DNA of 64,000 nucleotides from an uncultured Gemmatimonadaceae bacterium (lineage in GTDB: Bacteria > Gemmatimonadota > Gemmatimonadetes > Gemmatimonadales > Gemmatimonadaceae). The stretch spans positions 352,001-416,000 of the forward strand of contig CAWBOC010000009.1 in the NCBI GenBank assembly GCA_963790305.1. Direction: 5' to 3'. The translations under genes and the position numbers were made by a program. The notes beneath the pieces were generated by a model. That model made no database searches and had not been told where the DNA came from. It saw nothing but the letters and a program-made list of their open reading frames with translations. This document shows, in pieces, positions 21,098-31,503 of the stretch. Positions within the stretch are counted from its first letter, which is position 1. Each line of letters starts with the position of its first letter.

Positions 21098-22621
21098 TCA
21101 CGACGTGACGAGCAGATCCTCGATGGCGCGTACCAACGGCGCGAACGACAGCGTTCGGCCGGTGGCCCTTTCTGCGAGCTCGCCCGCCAGCTCGCGTTGT
21201 CCTTCGCCAAATAGCGCGCCGATCACCCACGGTCCCGCGCGCGGATTGCGCCACCAGTCCTCGTTGAAGCGCTCGACGAGCGTCTCCGTCAGCAGTGCCT
21301 GAAGCTGCCACGCGCGCAGATACCGTGCGGCGTAGAATCGCGGGTCGACGTCCACGAATGCATCCGCCGGGTCATACCGGAAGCTCGTCGCACTCGTCAG
21401 GCGGTCGACGTATAGATCCGGCAGCGCGTCCCAGCGGACCTCACCGCCGTAGAGTGCCGTCTCGTAGATGAGCTTCGCGCAGTAGCGCCGCAGGAAATGA
21501 AGCTCTTCGAATCCCACCGTGCGGAGAAAGGTCGGTGCGTGACGCCGCCCGAGCTCCGTATACCGAGCCAGCCACCCCGGATCGTGCATGAGGTGGTCGA
21601 GGAGCATCGCATACCCTTCGGTGACCGAGTTGTCACCCAGCCAGCGCCACTCGAACGGGTAGTCAGAGCGCGTGTAGGCGAAGTGCAACGCATGGCCGAG
21701 CTCGTGAAGCAGCGTGCGATAATCCGCCTGACCGCCGTGTGGACGCAGCACGAGATAGACCTCATCGGGCACGCGCACCGGCGCGCAAAAGGCGCGAGCC
21801 CGCTTTCCTTCCCGCTCGCCGGTGTCGTAGATGATCCGCCCGCCAGCATTGGGATCGATGCCCATCTCGGAGGTCTGTCGTCTCACGGACGCTTCCATCG
21901 ACGCGCTGGGAAAGTGAGCGTCGAACTCCTGGGCACGCAGGAGGTGAAGTGCATCCGCGCGCGTCGCGTCCGCCGGGTCCATGCGGAGCTTGCCGCGCAC
22001 CGTCTCCGCGTACACGTCGTCCCACATCGCCTGCGTGTCGCGGAGGAACTGCTCGCACTCGGCAACGAGGCCGCCAAGGTCGACGCCACTCAACGCCTCG
22101 AATGTCGCGTTGAAGGTTGGCGCGATCTCCATCCCCTCGATGATCTCCTTCTCGCGCTGAAACCGCTCCCGCCGAAGCGGGGCAAGCTCCGCCTCGACGA
22201 CGAGTGCGCGCCCGCGCTCGATCAGCATGCGCTCGTCCCGGTTCGAGGCGTTGCCGATGTCGATCGACGCGCGCTGATACGGGATCTCGCGGCCGTCCTC
22301 GAGGCGAACGATCGCGCTTCCCTCCCACTCGATCTCACGCTCGTCGAGCGCAGCAAGGGCCCGACCCGCGACGGAGTCGGTGAGCCACTCGAGCATCAGC
22401 CGAGCCGAGCGATGCGCATCGGATCCGGGGGCGGCTCCACGAAACTCCTCTCGCACGAGAGCCAGGGCGTCCTCGCCAAGAATCGCGGCGTGGCGCTCGT
22501 AGATCGCCTGGAGGTCCGCGGTCGGTTTGAGCCCTGCGTGCGCGAGGTAGTACTCGCGGGACACCTCTTCCATGAAGAGCTGCCCGTCCCGACGCAGCCG
22601 ATCGAGGGTGAGCGATTTCAT
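21098..22621 (-). CDS. Zinc metallopeptidase, M3/M32-like (gluzincin)
   Basis: [18 protein letters not shown] (HEXXH), downstream NSVTEG third ligand. Confidence 0.75.
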   Translation of the reverse strand: MKSLTLDRLRRDGQLFMEEVSREYYLAHAGLKPTADLQAIYERHAAILGEDALALVREEFRGAAPGSDAHRSARLMLEWLTDSVAGRALAALDEREIEWEGSAIVRLEDGREIPYQRASIDIGNASNRDERMLIERGRALVVEAELAPLRRERFQREKEIIEGMEIAPTFNATFEALSGVDLGGLVAECEQFLRDTQAMWDDVYAETVRGKLRMDPADATRADALHLLRAQEFDAHFPSASMEASVRRQTSEMGIDPNAGGRIIYDTGEREGKRARAFCAPVRVPDEVYLVLRPHGGQADYRTLLHELGHALHFAYTRSDYPFEWRWLGDNSVTEGYAMLLDHLMHDPGWLARYTELGRRHAPTFLRTVGFEELHFLRRYCAKLIYETALYGGEVRWDALPDLYVDRLTSATSFRYDPADAFVDVDPRFYAARYLRAWQLQALLTETLVERFNEDWWRNPRAGPWVIGALFGEGQRELAGELAERATGRTLSFAPLVRAIEDLLVTS

Positions 22622-23979
22622 GCAGCGAGCCGCTCCCGCACGACGTCCACCACTCGCGTCGCGTCGACCCGCTCCTGCTGGAGTGTATCGCGATCGCGGA
22701 TGGTCACCGTCTGGTCCGTAGTGGACTGGCCGTCGATCGTGATCCCGAAGGGCGTTCCCACTTCGTCCTGTCGCCGATACCGCCGACCGATCGCTCCCGA
22801 TTCGTCGTAAAACACGGGGAAGTGCCGTCGCAACTCGTTGGCCAGTCGCGTCGCCATTTCCGGCATTCCGTCTTTCTTGACCAGGGGAAAGACGCCCGCC
22901 TTCACCGGCGCCAGCGAGGGGTGGAGCGCGAGCACGGTGCGCCCCTCTTCCTCGCCCGCCACCTGCTCCTCGCGGTACGCGTTGACGAGGAGCGCGAGCA
23001 GCGTCCGATCGGCGCCGACCGAGGTTTCGATCACGAAGGGCACGAACCGTCGGTTATTCGGTTGATCGAAGTACTCGAGCTTTTTCCCGGAGTATTCCTG
23101 GTGACGTCCGAGATCGAAGTCGCCGCGATGGTGAACGCCCTCGATCTCCTGGAAGCCGAGCGTGCCCCCGAAATCGAACTGAATGTCGAACGCGGCGCGC
23201 GCGTAATGCGCGAGCTCCTGCGCGTCGTGCTGATGAAACTGAAGTCGCTCCTCACGCAGGCCAAGCAATCGGTGCCATTCCATACGCTGCGCCTTCCAGT
23301 ACTCGAACCATTCCATGTGGTTCGCGGCCGGATCGACGAAGAACTGCATCTCCATCTGCTCGAACTCGCGCGTGCGGAAGATGAAGTTGCCCGGCGTAAT
23401 CTCGTTCCGGAACGCCTTCCCGATCTGCGCGATCCCGAACGGCACCTTCTGCCGCGTGGACTGCTGCACGTTGAGGAAGTTGACGTAGATGCCTTGCGCG
23501 GTCTCTGGCCGGAGATACACGACGGACGCGGTGTCTTCCACCGGACCCATGAACGTCTTGAACATCAAGTTGAAGAGGCGCGCCTCGGAGAGCGTGCCCT
23601 TCATGCCACAGGCAGGACACTGCGCGTCCGGCGTCCCCGGGGTTCCCTTGATCTTCGGATCGTCGGCCCGGAACCGGCGCTTGCAGTTGCGGCAATCGAC
23701 CAGGGGATCGGTGAAGCCGGCGACGTGGCCGCTCGCCTCCCAGACTCGCGGGTGCATGAGGATCGCCGCGTCCAGGCCCTCGATGTCGTCGCGCATACGG
23801 ACCATGGCGTTCCACCACCGGTCCTTGAGGTTCCTCTTCAGCTCGACGCCGAGGGGGCCGTAATCCCACACCGAGCCGGTGCCGCCGTAGATCTCGGAGG
23901 ATTGAAAGATGAACCCGCGTCGCTTCGCGAGCGACACGAGCTTTTCCATTACATCGGGGAAGGTGCTGATCGAGGACAT
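22618..23979 (-). CDS. glyQS: Glycine-tRNA ligase, homodimeric (alpha2) type
   Basis: KRRGF...YDYGPLG-like, [23 protein letters not shown], anticodon domain [13 protein letters not shown]. Confidence 0.96.
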   Translation of the reverse strand: MSSISTFPDVMEKLVSLAKRRGFIFQSSEIYGGTGSVWDYGPLGVELKRNLKDRWWNAMVRMRDDIEGLDAAILMHPRVWEASGHVAGFTDPLVDCRNCKRRFRADDPKIKGTPGTPDAQCPACGMKGTLSEARLFNLMFKTFMGPVEDTASVVYLRPETAQGIYVNFLNVQQSTRQKVPFGIAQIGKAFRNEITPGNFIFRTREFEQMEMQFFVDPAANHMEWFEYWKAQRMEWHRLLGLREERLQFHQHDAQELAHYARAAFDIQFDFGGTLGFQEIEGVHHRGDFDLGRHQEYSGKKLEYFDQPNNRRFVPFVIETSVGADRTLLALLVNAYREEQVAGEEEGRTVLALHPSLAPVKAGVFPLVKKDGMPEMATRLANELRRHFPVFYDESGAIGRRYRRQDEVGTPFGITIDGQSTTDQTVTIRDRDTLQQERVDATRVVDVVRERLAA

Positions 23980-24011
23980 TTTCGAAAGATGACGAGGCCC
24001 GCTCGCAGGGG

Positions 24012-25030
24012 CTAGCCGCCGGCGTGCGCCTCGTGCGACGCTGCCGGATCGCTCCACATGGTGGTGAGCCGACGCGCGATGAGGTCCCCGTGCCCGCGCC
24101 CGTTTTCGATGAACACCTTGTTGGCATCGTTGCCGGCGCTGATCACTCCCGCGATGAACACGCCCGGCACGTCCGTCTCCATCGTGGCTGGATCGTGTAC
24201 CGGAATACCGGTGTCGGCGTCCACCGTTGCGCCAATGGCACGCAGCAGCTCGTGCTCGGGCGTATAGCCCGTCAGCAGATACACGTGGTCGGCCGCCAGG
24301 CGCTCGGTGCCGTGCGGCGTGTCGAGCACCACCGCGGAGGGTTCAATCGCTACGATTCGGGAGCGCCACCGAGTGGCGATGTGCCCCTCGGTGATTCGAT
24401 TCTGAAGGTCGGGAGCCACCCACGGCTTCACGCTCGGCGACAATCCTTCGCCGTGGTACACCATTGTCACGCGTGCACCGCTCCGGTAGAGGTCGAGCGC
24501 CGCTTCGGCAGCGGAGTTCTTTCCCCCACCACGATCGCGTCGCGCATGAACGCCTCGTGGCCTTCGCGATAGCGGTGCGTGACGTGCGGGAGATGTTCGC
24601 CCGGAACTCCGAGGAAATTCGGAGAATCGAAGTACCCGGTTGCCACGACGACGGCCCGCGCGGTAGTTGTTCGCACGTCCTGGCCGCGTGGCCGCGAGTG
24701 AACGACGAAACTCTCCCGTCCTGCTTCAAGGTGCTCGACCCGCTCGTACTGCCGCACGATCAGCCCCTGGCGCTCCACCACCTCGCGGTAATACGCCAGC
24801 GCATCGCGGCGCGTCGGCTTTTCCGTCGCCACGACGAATGGCATTCCGCCGATCTCAATGCGCTCCGCAGTCGAAAAGAACGTCAGGTACGTTGGATAGC
24901 CGGCGATCGATGAGACGACGCAGGACGCTTCGACAATGAGCGCGCGCCACCCGGCGCGCTCGATGGCGATGGCGGCGGCGAGGCCGCACGGGCCCGCGCC
25001 GACGACGACGACGTCCGTATCAAAGTCCAA
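24012..25030 (-). CDS. ypdA: YpdA-family bacillithiol disulfide reductase-like flavoprotein, frameshifted near 24522
   Basis: [26 protein letters not shown]. The frame change in a G-run restores [16 protein letters not shown]. The C-part contains TGY and FIENGRGHG. Confidence 0.85.
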
Positions 25031-26300
25031 TGATTTGATCTCGCCGCGTTCCCACACTGACGTAGGCGATTCTCGTCTCGGCGAGCTCCTGAATGCGATC
25101 GAGGTACCGGCGTGCCTGGGACGGCAGATCCTCCATGCGACGCGCCTCCGTCGTCGGGCGGCGCCAGCCCTCCATCCACTCGTAACGCGGCTGCACGGCG
25201 TCGAGCGTCACCAGGTCGCCCGGGAATTCCGTAAAGGTCTCGCCGTTGAGCTCGTATCCGGTGCAGAGTCCCAGGCGGTCGAGCGTGTCAAGCACATCCA
25301 GCTTGGTCACGGCGAGACCGGTGAGTCCATTGATGCGTGAGGCGTATCGCACCACGACCGCGTCAAACCAACCGCAGCGCCGAGGTCGGCCTGTCGTCGC
25401 CCCGTATTCGTTGCCGAGTTTGCGAACCTGGCTGGCGAGGGGCTCATCGAGCTCGGTCGGCAGGGGCCCGTTCCCAACACGGGTCGTGTAGGCCTTCACG
25501 ACTCCGAGCACGGCATCGATCGACGTCGGCGCGAGTCCCGCGCCGGTAACGGCGCCGCCGGACGTCGTGTTGCTCGATGTCACGAAGGGGTAGGTGCCAT
25601 GATCGACATCGAGGAGCGAGCCTTGTGCGCCCTCGAGCAGTACCGCGGCGCCCGACTTTCGCGCCCGCGAAACGACAAGCCCAATGTCGTCGGCGAGCTC
25701 CAGGAGCCGAGGCGCAAGGCGTTCCAGCAGCTCGACCGTCGAGTCGACGTCGGCGCGGTGTGAGGAACCGAACGCGGCGAGCTGGGTGTTGGCATGCGCG
25801 ATTCCGCTTTCGACGAGCGATCGGAGCCGTTCCGGGTGTCGCAGGTCGAGGACGCGAACGCCGCGGCGTGCAACCTTGTCCTCGTAGGCAGGACCGATCC
25901 CCCGCCCCGTCGTGCCGATCTGCTTGCTCGCAGCGCTCTCCCCGTCGAGAAGCTTGTGATACGGCATGACGAGATGTGCGCGATCGCTGACGTAGAGTCG
26001 GCCGGATACGTCCACGCCATCCGCGATCAGCTCCTCGATCTCCTCGAACAGCGTGTCGGGATCGAGCACCACGCCGTTGCCGATCGCGCACCGCACGCCC
26101 GGGTGCAGGATTCCGCTCGGAATCTGATGGAGGACGAAGGAGCGCCCACCGATCGCCACGGTGTGGCCCGCGTTCGCGCCGCCCTGGTATCGGACGACCC
26201 AGTCGGCGCCCTCGGCGATCACATCGACGAGCTTCCCCTTGCCTTCGTCGCCCCATTGGGCGCCGACGACCACGAGGGTACGGATGTGCTGGTCAAACAT
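25020..26300 (-). CDS. purA: Adenylosuccinate synthetase
   Basis: GAQWGDEGKGK, GGANAGHT, GTTGRGIGP, EGAQG, GTYPFVTSS, TTGRPRRCGWFD. Confidence 0.98.
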   Translation of the reverse strand: MFDQHIRTLVVVGAQWGDEGKGKLVDVIAEGADWVVRYQGGANAGHTVAIGGRSFVLHQIPSGILHPGVRCAIGNGVVLDPDTLFEEIEELIADGVDVSGRLYVSDRAHLVMPYHKLLDGESAASKQIGTTGRGIGPAYEDKVARRGVRVLDLRHPERLRSLVESGIAHANTQLAAFGSSHRADVDSTVELLERLAPRLLELADDIGLVVSRARKSGAAVLLEGAQGSLLDVDHGTYPFVTSSNTTSGGAVTGAGLAPTSIDAVLGVVKAYTTRVGNGPLPTELDEPLASQVRKLGNEYGATTGRPRRCGWFDAVVVRYASRINGLTGLAVTKLDVLDTLDRLGLCTGYELNGETFTEFPGDLVTLDAVQPRYEWMEGWRRPTTEARRMEDLPSQARRYLDRIQELAETRIAYVSVGTRRDQIIGL

Positions 26301-26346
26301 GAAGAGAAAGTTAGTCAATACGGAGAGTGGAGCGCAAAACGACGAA

Positions 26347-26430
26347 GGCGCTGGAGAAGCGCTAAGGGCGCTGGATAAGCGCTGAGAACGAACAGCGCTA
26401 TTCCAGCGCTCCCAGCGCTTTTCCAGCCCC
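26347..26430. repeat. Intergenic inverted array of GCGCT-core repeats (family C)
   Basis: Arms 26347-26384 and 26393-26430 are about 31/38 complementary. Confidence 0.85.
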
Positions 26431-26438
26431 CCCGCTCC

Positions 26439-28733
26439 TCACGTCCGCGGCGGCGGCGCCATCGCCACCCGCGCAACCTGCTCATCGCTCGTCAGCGTTT
26501 CGCTCGTGAGCGGCAGCGTCACGGTGAAAGTGCTGCCGCGACCGTATTGGCTGGCCACGCCAATGTCGCCACCAAGGAGCGCGATGAGCTTGCGCGTGAT
26601 GCTCAGACCCAGCCCGGTGCCGCCATACTCGCGCGTCCGCGACTGGTCGACCTGGCGGAACTCCTCGAAGATGACCTCGAGGTCCTGCGGGCGAATGCCA
26701 ATACCCGTGTCGCTCACCGCGATGCGCACGTGTTGGCCATCCGAGCGCGTGGAGATGGACACCGACCCGCGCGGGGTGAACTTCACCGCGTTCGAGACGA
26801 GGTTGAGCACGATCTGTCGAACCTTCGTGCGATCGGTCTCCATGGAGATGGGCTCAGCCGGAAGCTGCACGTTGAACTCGAGGCCCTTGCGTCGGACCAT
26901 TGGCTCCATCTGTGCCGCGACGTCGTGCAGCACGTCGTTCAGCGACAGCTTCTCGAGATGCACCGGCATCTTCCCGGCTTCGATCTTGGCCAGATCGAGA
27001 ATGTCGTTGATGAGCGCCAGCAAATGCTGCGACGACACCTGAATGCGGTGGAGCCCCTCCTCCTGCTTCGCGGTCAGATCACCGTAAATGCGATCGAGCA
27101 TGAGTGCCGTATAGCCGATCAGCGCATTGATCGGCGTCCGCAGCTCGTGCGACATGTTGGCGAGGAACTCGCTCTTGAGCCGATACGCTTTCTCGAGCTC
27201 CTGTGACTGCCACTGGAGCCGAAGGTTCCGCTCTTCGAGATCGCGCGTGGCGTCCCGCACCCGATCTTCCAGCTCGGCGCTGAACCGCTTCAGCTCCTCG
27301 TAGAGCCGCTCGTTCTCCACCTCCTTGGTCCGGTCGTGGAGCACCGAGACGATCGCCATCGGCTCCCCGCGCTCGTCGAAGATTTTCCCGGACACCATCT
27401 CCATCGGCAGCGCCGCGCCAGTCGACGGCCGCACGAGGGACACCTGCGCGCGACGGGCACGGTCGTTCGTGAGCGCGAAGTCGGAGATGAACGACGTGAC
27501 CTTCGTATCGTTGTTGCGCACCCGTTGAATCATGGTCTGGTCACGACGCGTCGCGTCGGTCAGCTCGAAGAGCTCTTCCGCCTGACGATTCATCAGGATG
27601 ATGTTCGATTTCCCATCGGTGACGAGAATCGGGTCGGCGACGTTCTGCAGAATGAGCCCCAGGCGGTCGCGCTCGCGAGACGCCTGCTGCTCGGCCAGCC
27701 GCTCGCGATGAAACTGGCGCTGGAGCTGATGAGCGGCCTGCTTGAGGTCGGTCACATCCCGCAGCACCGACAGGTACGAGCCGCGGCGCGCCATTTCCAC
27801 CGGAAGCGGATGCGCCAGCACCTCGAACAGCAGGTCGGTCCCTTCGGTGGGATCGACGAGGTTGAGCTCTCGCGGTCCGCCTCCGAAGCCGCCCGGCGCG
27901 ATCGCCTTGGAGAGAAAGGAGCTATACAGGAGGGTGTTGATCTCGACCGCGCGACGCCGGCCCTCCGAGTCGTCGGAGCGCATGCCGAGGAGCTGCTCCG
28001 CCCGCTTGTTCAGGACAACGATCGTGTTCGATGTATCGGTAATCACGATCGGATCGGGAAGCGCGTTGATGATCGCCGTCAGGAGATTCGTTTGGCGATC
28101 GAGCTGCTCGGCGTAGCGTCGCTGTTCCTCCACGGTGTAGATGTGCGAGACGATCGGGCCGGCGACGCTGGCCATCTCGGCCAGCGTCTCGACCATCGCT
28201 GGCTCGATCGTCGATTCGAGCACCGCCACCGCGAAGGGCGACAGGCCAACGCGCCGGCGTCGCTCCGTCCCAACCGGCATCAGGCCGCAATCGCGGAACC
28301 GGCCGCTGAACGTGAGCCCGGACTCGCGCGCACGAGGAAGCGAGTCGCGATGCAGCGGCTGGGGGATCGGAATGGCGGCCCACGGGGCGAAGGGAATGCC
28401 GTCGCGGTCGAGCACGGCGTCGCGACACGCCACCGCCTCGAGCGACATCGCCGAGACCACCAGTGGATGATCGTTCTCGTCGAGGTGCACCGCGACGTCC
28501 GCGCCGAGCGTTTCGGGGACACCCACGACGTGGGTCACCTTCAGCCGATGCGCGGCGCCATCGATCATCAACAGGAGCGCACGTTTCGCCCCCGCTGTGT
28601 GGGCAAGTTGACGGAGAAGCAGCTGCGCGGCCTCCGTCCACGACCGCGCATGCGCCAGCGACGTCAGCAGCCCATCAAGGTCATTGCCGGTGTGCCGCGC
28701 CGGCGGTTCGGCGGCATCCCGTCGAACCGTCAC
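26439..28733 (-). CDS. GAF-like/PAS/PAS sensor histidine kinase
   Basis: Two PAS starts (ALPDPIVITD, NVADPILVTD), FLANMSHELRTP, NLVSNAVKFT, GTGLGL. Begins 6 bp after the gvpA stop. Confidence 0.93.
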   Translation of the reverse strand: MTVRRDAAEPPARHTGNDLDGLLTSLAHARSWTEAAQLLLRQLAHTAGAKRALLLMIDGAAHRLKVTHVVGVPETLGADVAVHLDENDHPLVVSAMSLEAVACRDAVLDRDGIPFAPWAAIPIPQPLHRDSLPRARESGLTFSGRFRDCGLMPVGTERRRRVGLSPFAVAVLESTIEPAMVETLAEMASVAGPIVSHIYTVEEQRRYAEQLDRQTNLLTAIINALPDPIVITDTSNTIVVLNKRAEQLLGMRSDDSEGRRRAVEINTLLYSSFLSKAIAPGGFGGGPRELNLVDPTEGTDLLFEVLAHPLPVEMARRGSYLSVLRDVTDLKQAAHQLQRQFHRERLAEQQASRERDRLGLILQNVADPILVTDGKSNIILMNRQAEELFELTDATRRDQTMIQRVRNNDTKVTSFISDFALTNDRARRAQVSLVRPSTGAALPMEMVSGKIFDERGEPMAIVSVLHDRTKEVENERLYEELKRFSAELEDRVRDATRDLEERNLRLQWQSQELEKAYRLKSEFLANMSHELRTPINALIGYTALMLDRIYGDLTAKQEEGLHRIQVSSQHLLALINDILDLAKIEAGKMPVHLEKLSLNDVLHDVAAQMEPMVRRKGLEFNVQLPAEPISMETDRTKVRQIVLNLVSNAVKFTPRGSVSISTRSDGQHVRIAVSDTGIGIRPQDLEVIFEEFRQVDQSRTREYGGTGLGLSITRKLIALLGGDIGVASQYGRGSTFTVTLPLTSETLTSDEQVARVAMAPPPRT

Positions 28734-28739
28734 GACACG

Positions 28740-29054
28740 TTAGGTGCGATCGCGACGACTGATCTCTTCGAGTCGGCGCTTGAGGTCTGCGTTCTCGCGC
28801 ATCACGCGATCGAGGTCGGCCTCCGTCCCCGCCGACAGCTCCCGAGGCCGCGCCGACGGCGCGGTGATGCCCACCGCCTCGGAAAAGCGCAGGTACGTAT
28901 CGATCGAGGCCACCACGATGCGTGCCTCGACGGTTACGAGGTCGATGCCGACCAGCGACACTCGAACCCATGCGTCGATCACGATGCCTTTGTCGAGGAC
29001 GCGATCGAGTACGTCAATGAGAGAACTGCCACCGGGGGCACGTTCGACTGCCAT
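28740..29054 (-). CDS. gvpA: Gas vesicle structural protein GvpA with C-terminal coiled-coil extension
   Basis: [53 protein letters not shown] is canonical GvpA. Confidence 0.93.
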   Translation of the reverse strand: MAVERAPGGSSLIDVLDRVLDKGIVIDAWVRVSLVGIDLVTVEARIVVASIDTYLRFSEAVGITAPSARPRELSAGTEADLDRVMRENADLKRRLEEISRRDRT

Positions 29055-29060
29055 TCGCCG

Positions 29061-29402
29061 TTACTCCGTTGAAGTGGACGGTCGGCGCTTGGCGCCGCTC
29101 CGCTCGGTGAGCTGCCGCAGCTGCTGCTCGATGCGCTCCAGCCGCTTCTCGACTTCCCCCGAACCCAGCGCGCCAGCGTCGGCGGCCCGCGTCGTAAGGC
29201 GAGGGTCGTGCTGCCACCAGTTCATCCCGATCGACGCTGCCTTGTCGATCGAGCAGACGAGGAGCCGCACCTGGATGGTGAGGAGCTCCACGTTGGCGAG
29301 ATTGATCTTGATGTCACCCGCAATCACGAGTCCCTTGTCGAGCACCCGGTCGAGAATGTCGACCAGGCCGTGACTGCGCGTGGGTGCAATGTAATCAGGC
29401 AA
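29061..29402 (-). CDS. gvpJ: GvpA-family accessory protein, GvpJ-like
   Basis: [43 protein letters not shown]...NWW, plus a coiled-coil tail. Confidence 0.85.
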   Translation of the reverse strand: MPDYIAPTRSHGLVDILDRVLDKGLVIAGDIKINLANVELLTIQVRLLVCSIDKAASIGMNWWQHDPRLTTRAADAGALGSGEVEKRLERIEQQLRQLTERSGAKRRPSTSTE

Positions 29403-29437
29403 AGGCGTTCTGCTCCGGTCGGCGGGTCTCCCCGCGG

Positions 29438-29785
29438 TTAGCGCAGCCGTCCAAGCGGCCCGAGGTCGATCTCCAGGTCCTCATCGTCGAGGTTGAAAAG
29501 CCGCTTCAGCTCGTTCATGCGCTCACTCAGCCGCAGCAGCGCCAAACCGAGACGCTCGACCTCCTCGTCGGTCAGCGACCCTCCGTCCATTCGTCGGACG
29601 GCCTGGTGTTCGAGGACTTTGCGCAACACTTCGATCAACGTCAATACGAGCTTCGCCAATCCCTGCTCGACGTGCTCCGGATCGGCGTCGATCCGCTCCG
29701 GGAGCGAGCGTGCGATCTCGTGCAGCTCACGCTCGAACTCGGCTGCCGCACCCGGCGTCACCTCCGTCACGCGCTCGTCGCTCAC
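29438..29785 (-). CDS. gvpK: Gas vesicle protein GvpK
   Basis: GLAKLVLTLIEVLRKVLEHQAVRRMDGGSL...ERLGLAL...DLGPLG. Confidence 0.92.
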   Translation of the reverse strand: MSDERVTEVTPGAAAEFERELHEIARSLPERIDADPEHVEQGLAKLVLTLIEVLRKVLEHQAVRRMDGGSLTDEEVERLGLALLRLSERMNELKRLFNLDDEDLEIDLGPLGRLR

Positions 29786-30477
29786 GTGCCGATGCCCTCA
29801 GTGAAGCTATAGGGTGCCCACGGCCCTGACACCATGATCGCGAGCGCAGGGTCTTCCTCCCGGAGTGTCTGGAGCGCACCCCGGTATGCATCGATTCTTT
29901 CTCGCGGGACCAGGTGCGACAGCGTGGCCAGCGTCGATCCCGCCACCGCACCAGCGAACGCGTGGGCGCGAACGAGGTCTCCCACCGCGGCGTTCACACG
30001 ATCGCGAATTAGCCCAGCTTTCGCCAGTACGTTTCGTTCCTCGCGTTGCAGGGCAGCAACCCGCTCGAGATACCGACGCCCCCGCTCGGCGCCTTGCCCA
30101 ACCCGCGCCTTCCCAGTGGGCCCGGGTGCAGGCACGAGCATCCGCACGGTCATCTCCACGGCCCCCTCGACCCTCTCCAGCGCCGCCTCCAACAGCGCGC
30201 GGCGCTCCGACAACGCCGCGCGGAGCTCGTTCTCGCCCGCCACGATCTGGCCGAACCGCGCCGGGAGCGGCGTCTCGCTCTCGAGCGCGGCCCGGACAAC
30301 GCGATCGTGGTCGCGCGCGCGCCCCGGCGAGGGCACGACTGTCGTCGCCGCGGACTCGCTCACCCACGCGCCGAGCCCACTCAGGTCGATTGCACGCACC
30401 GGCGCACCATCGATCCCCGGCAGGTTGGGGGGCGGCTCACGTGTCGCGCGGAGGATGCAGTAGAGGTAGATCGCCAA
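29782..30477 (-). CDS. GvpL/GvpF-family gas vesicle protein
   Basis: YLYCI, HDRVV, LPARFG, GRRYL, SGPWAPYSF. Confidence 0.88.
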   Translation of the reverse strand: MAIYLYCILRATREPPPNLPGIDGAPVRAIDLSGLGAWVSESAATTVVPSPGRARDHDRVVRAALESETPLPARFGQIVAGENELRAALSERRALLEAALERVEGAVEMTVRMLVPAPGPTGKARVGQGAERGRRYLERVAALQREERNVLAKAGLIRDRVNAAVGDLVRAHAFAGAVAGSTLATLSHLVPRERIDAYRGALQTLREEDPALAIMVSGPWAPYSFTEGIGT

Positions 30478-30694
30478 GCGGATGCGAGAGCCGTCCGCTG
30501 ACGCCGACGGTCCTCCTCTCCAGAGTCTCGAGTGCGCTGATGATCACCGACAGACTCACCGAGATGAGATCAATTCCGGCGATCGAGATGATCACGTCTC
30601 CGGTGATCACAACCCCTTTGTCGAGCACGTGACTGAGCAGATCGCTCAGCACGAGCGCGTCATCGTCGGCCGGCTCCAGTGGTGCGTCCGTCAC
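30437..30694 (-). CDS. GvpA-family accessory protein (GvpS/GvpM-like)
   Basis: LSDLLSHVLDKGVVITGDVIISIAGIDLI. GTG start overlaps the upstream TGA. Confidence 0.82.
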   Translation of the reverse strand: MTDAPLEPADDDALVLSDLLSHVLDKGVVITGDVIISIAGIDLISVSLSVIISALETLERRTVGVSGRLSHPLGDLPLLHPPRDT

Positions 30695-31503
30695 GGCGTA
30701 CCCGCATCCGCGGGCGCTCGCACGAAGTGATACGGCGGCCACGGCCCGGTAAAATCGAACCGGAAGCCCCGGGGCTCGTGCTCGCGAACGATCGCGGTCA
30801 GCGACTCCTGAAAGGGCGCCAGTGCACCGCGTCTCACCAGAAAGAATGCGTTGAGGATCGCGACACCCGGCGTGTCATCGCGCCCCTTTGCCGGGAGTGG
30901 CTCGCGCACCGCTTCGAGCGCCAGCGGCGCGAGCGCCTGAAACGCTTCGCGAGCGACGTCGGCGGCAACCCGCTTGAGCTCGGTGCGGCGCTCCGCCTCC
31001 AGCTTGCGCTGCAGCAGATAACGCTGGCCCGGACTCGCCTCCCGCGCCTGTCGCTCGAGTCCTTCGACGGTGGAACTCAGAGCGGCCATGTGCTGGCTGA
31101 GCACCTCATCGAGCCGAAAGACGCGAAGACCGTATTCCTCGCCAACGCCGACTCGCTCGAAAGTCGCGCGCAGCTCTGCCGCTCGCTCGCGGAGCATGTC
31201 CCGCACGCGCGACTCATCATGAAAAAGGGTGAAAATGGGAAGCGGGATGACCGGCCCCCGATCACCCGCCCACGTCACGACCGCATCGTGTGCTGAGGCG
31301 CGAGGAGCCACCCACCCCACCTCTTCCGTGAGGACCTCCACACGCTCGGGCGCATATGCGTTCGTATCGACACTCGAGACGAGCGCCGCCATGTCGCCCT
31401 CGATCACCACGCGCACTGCCGTGTCATCGATGCCCGCCGGTGCCCCCGATGCCTTGAGGGACGCTGGGGCCACGGCGTAGGCGTACAGAACGCGATCAGG
31501 CAA
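30691..31503 (-). CDS. GvpL/GvpF-family gas vesicle protein
   Basis: LYAYAV, AHDAVV, PGQRYL, LNAFFLV, TGPWPPYHF. The TTG start at 31503 is inferred. Confidence 0.88.
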   Translation of the reverse strand: MPDRVLYAYAVAPASLKASGAPAGIDDTAVRVVIEGDMAALVSSVDTNAYAPERVEVLTEEVGWVAPRASAHDAVVTWAGDRGPVIPLPIFTLFHDESRVRDMLRERAAELRATFERVGVGEEYGLRVFRLDEVLSQHMAALSSTVEGLERQAREASPGQRYLLQRKLEAERRTELKRVAADVAREAFQALAPLALEAVREPLPAKGRDDTPGVAILNAFFLVRRGALAPFQESLTAIVREHEPRGFRFDFTGPWPPYHFVRAPADAGTP

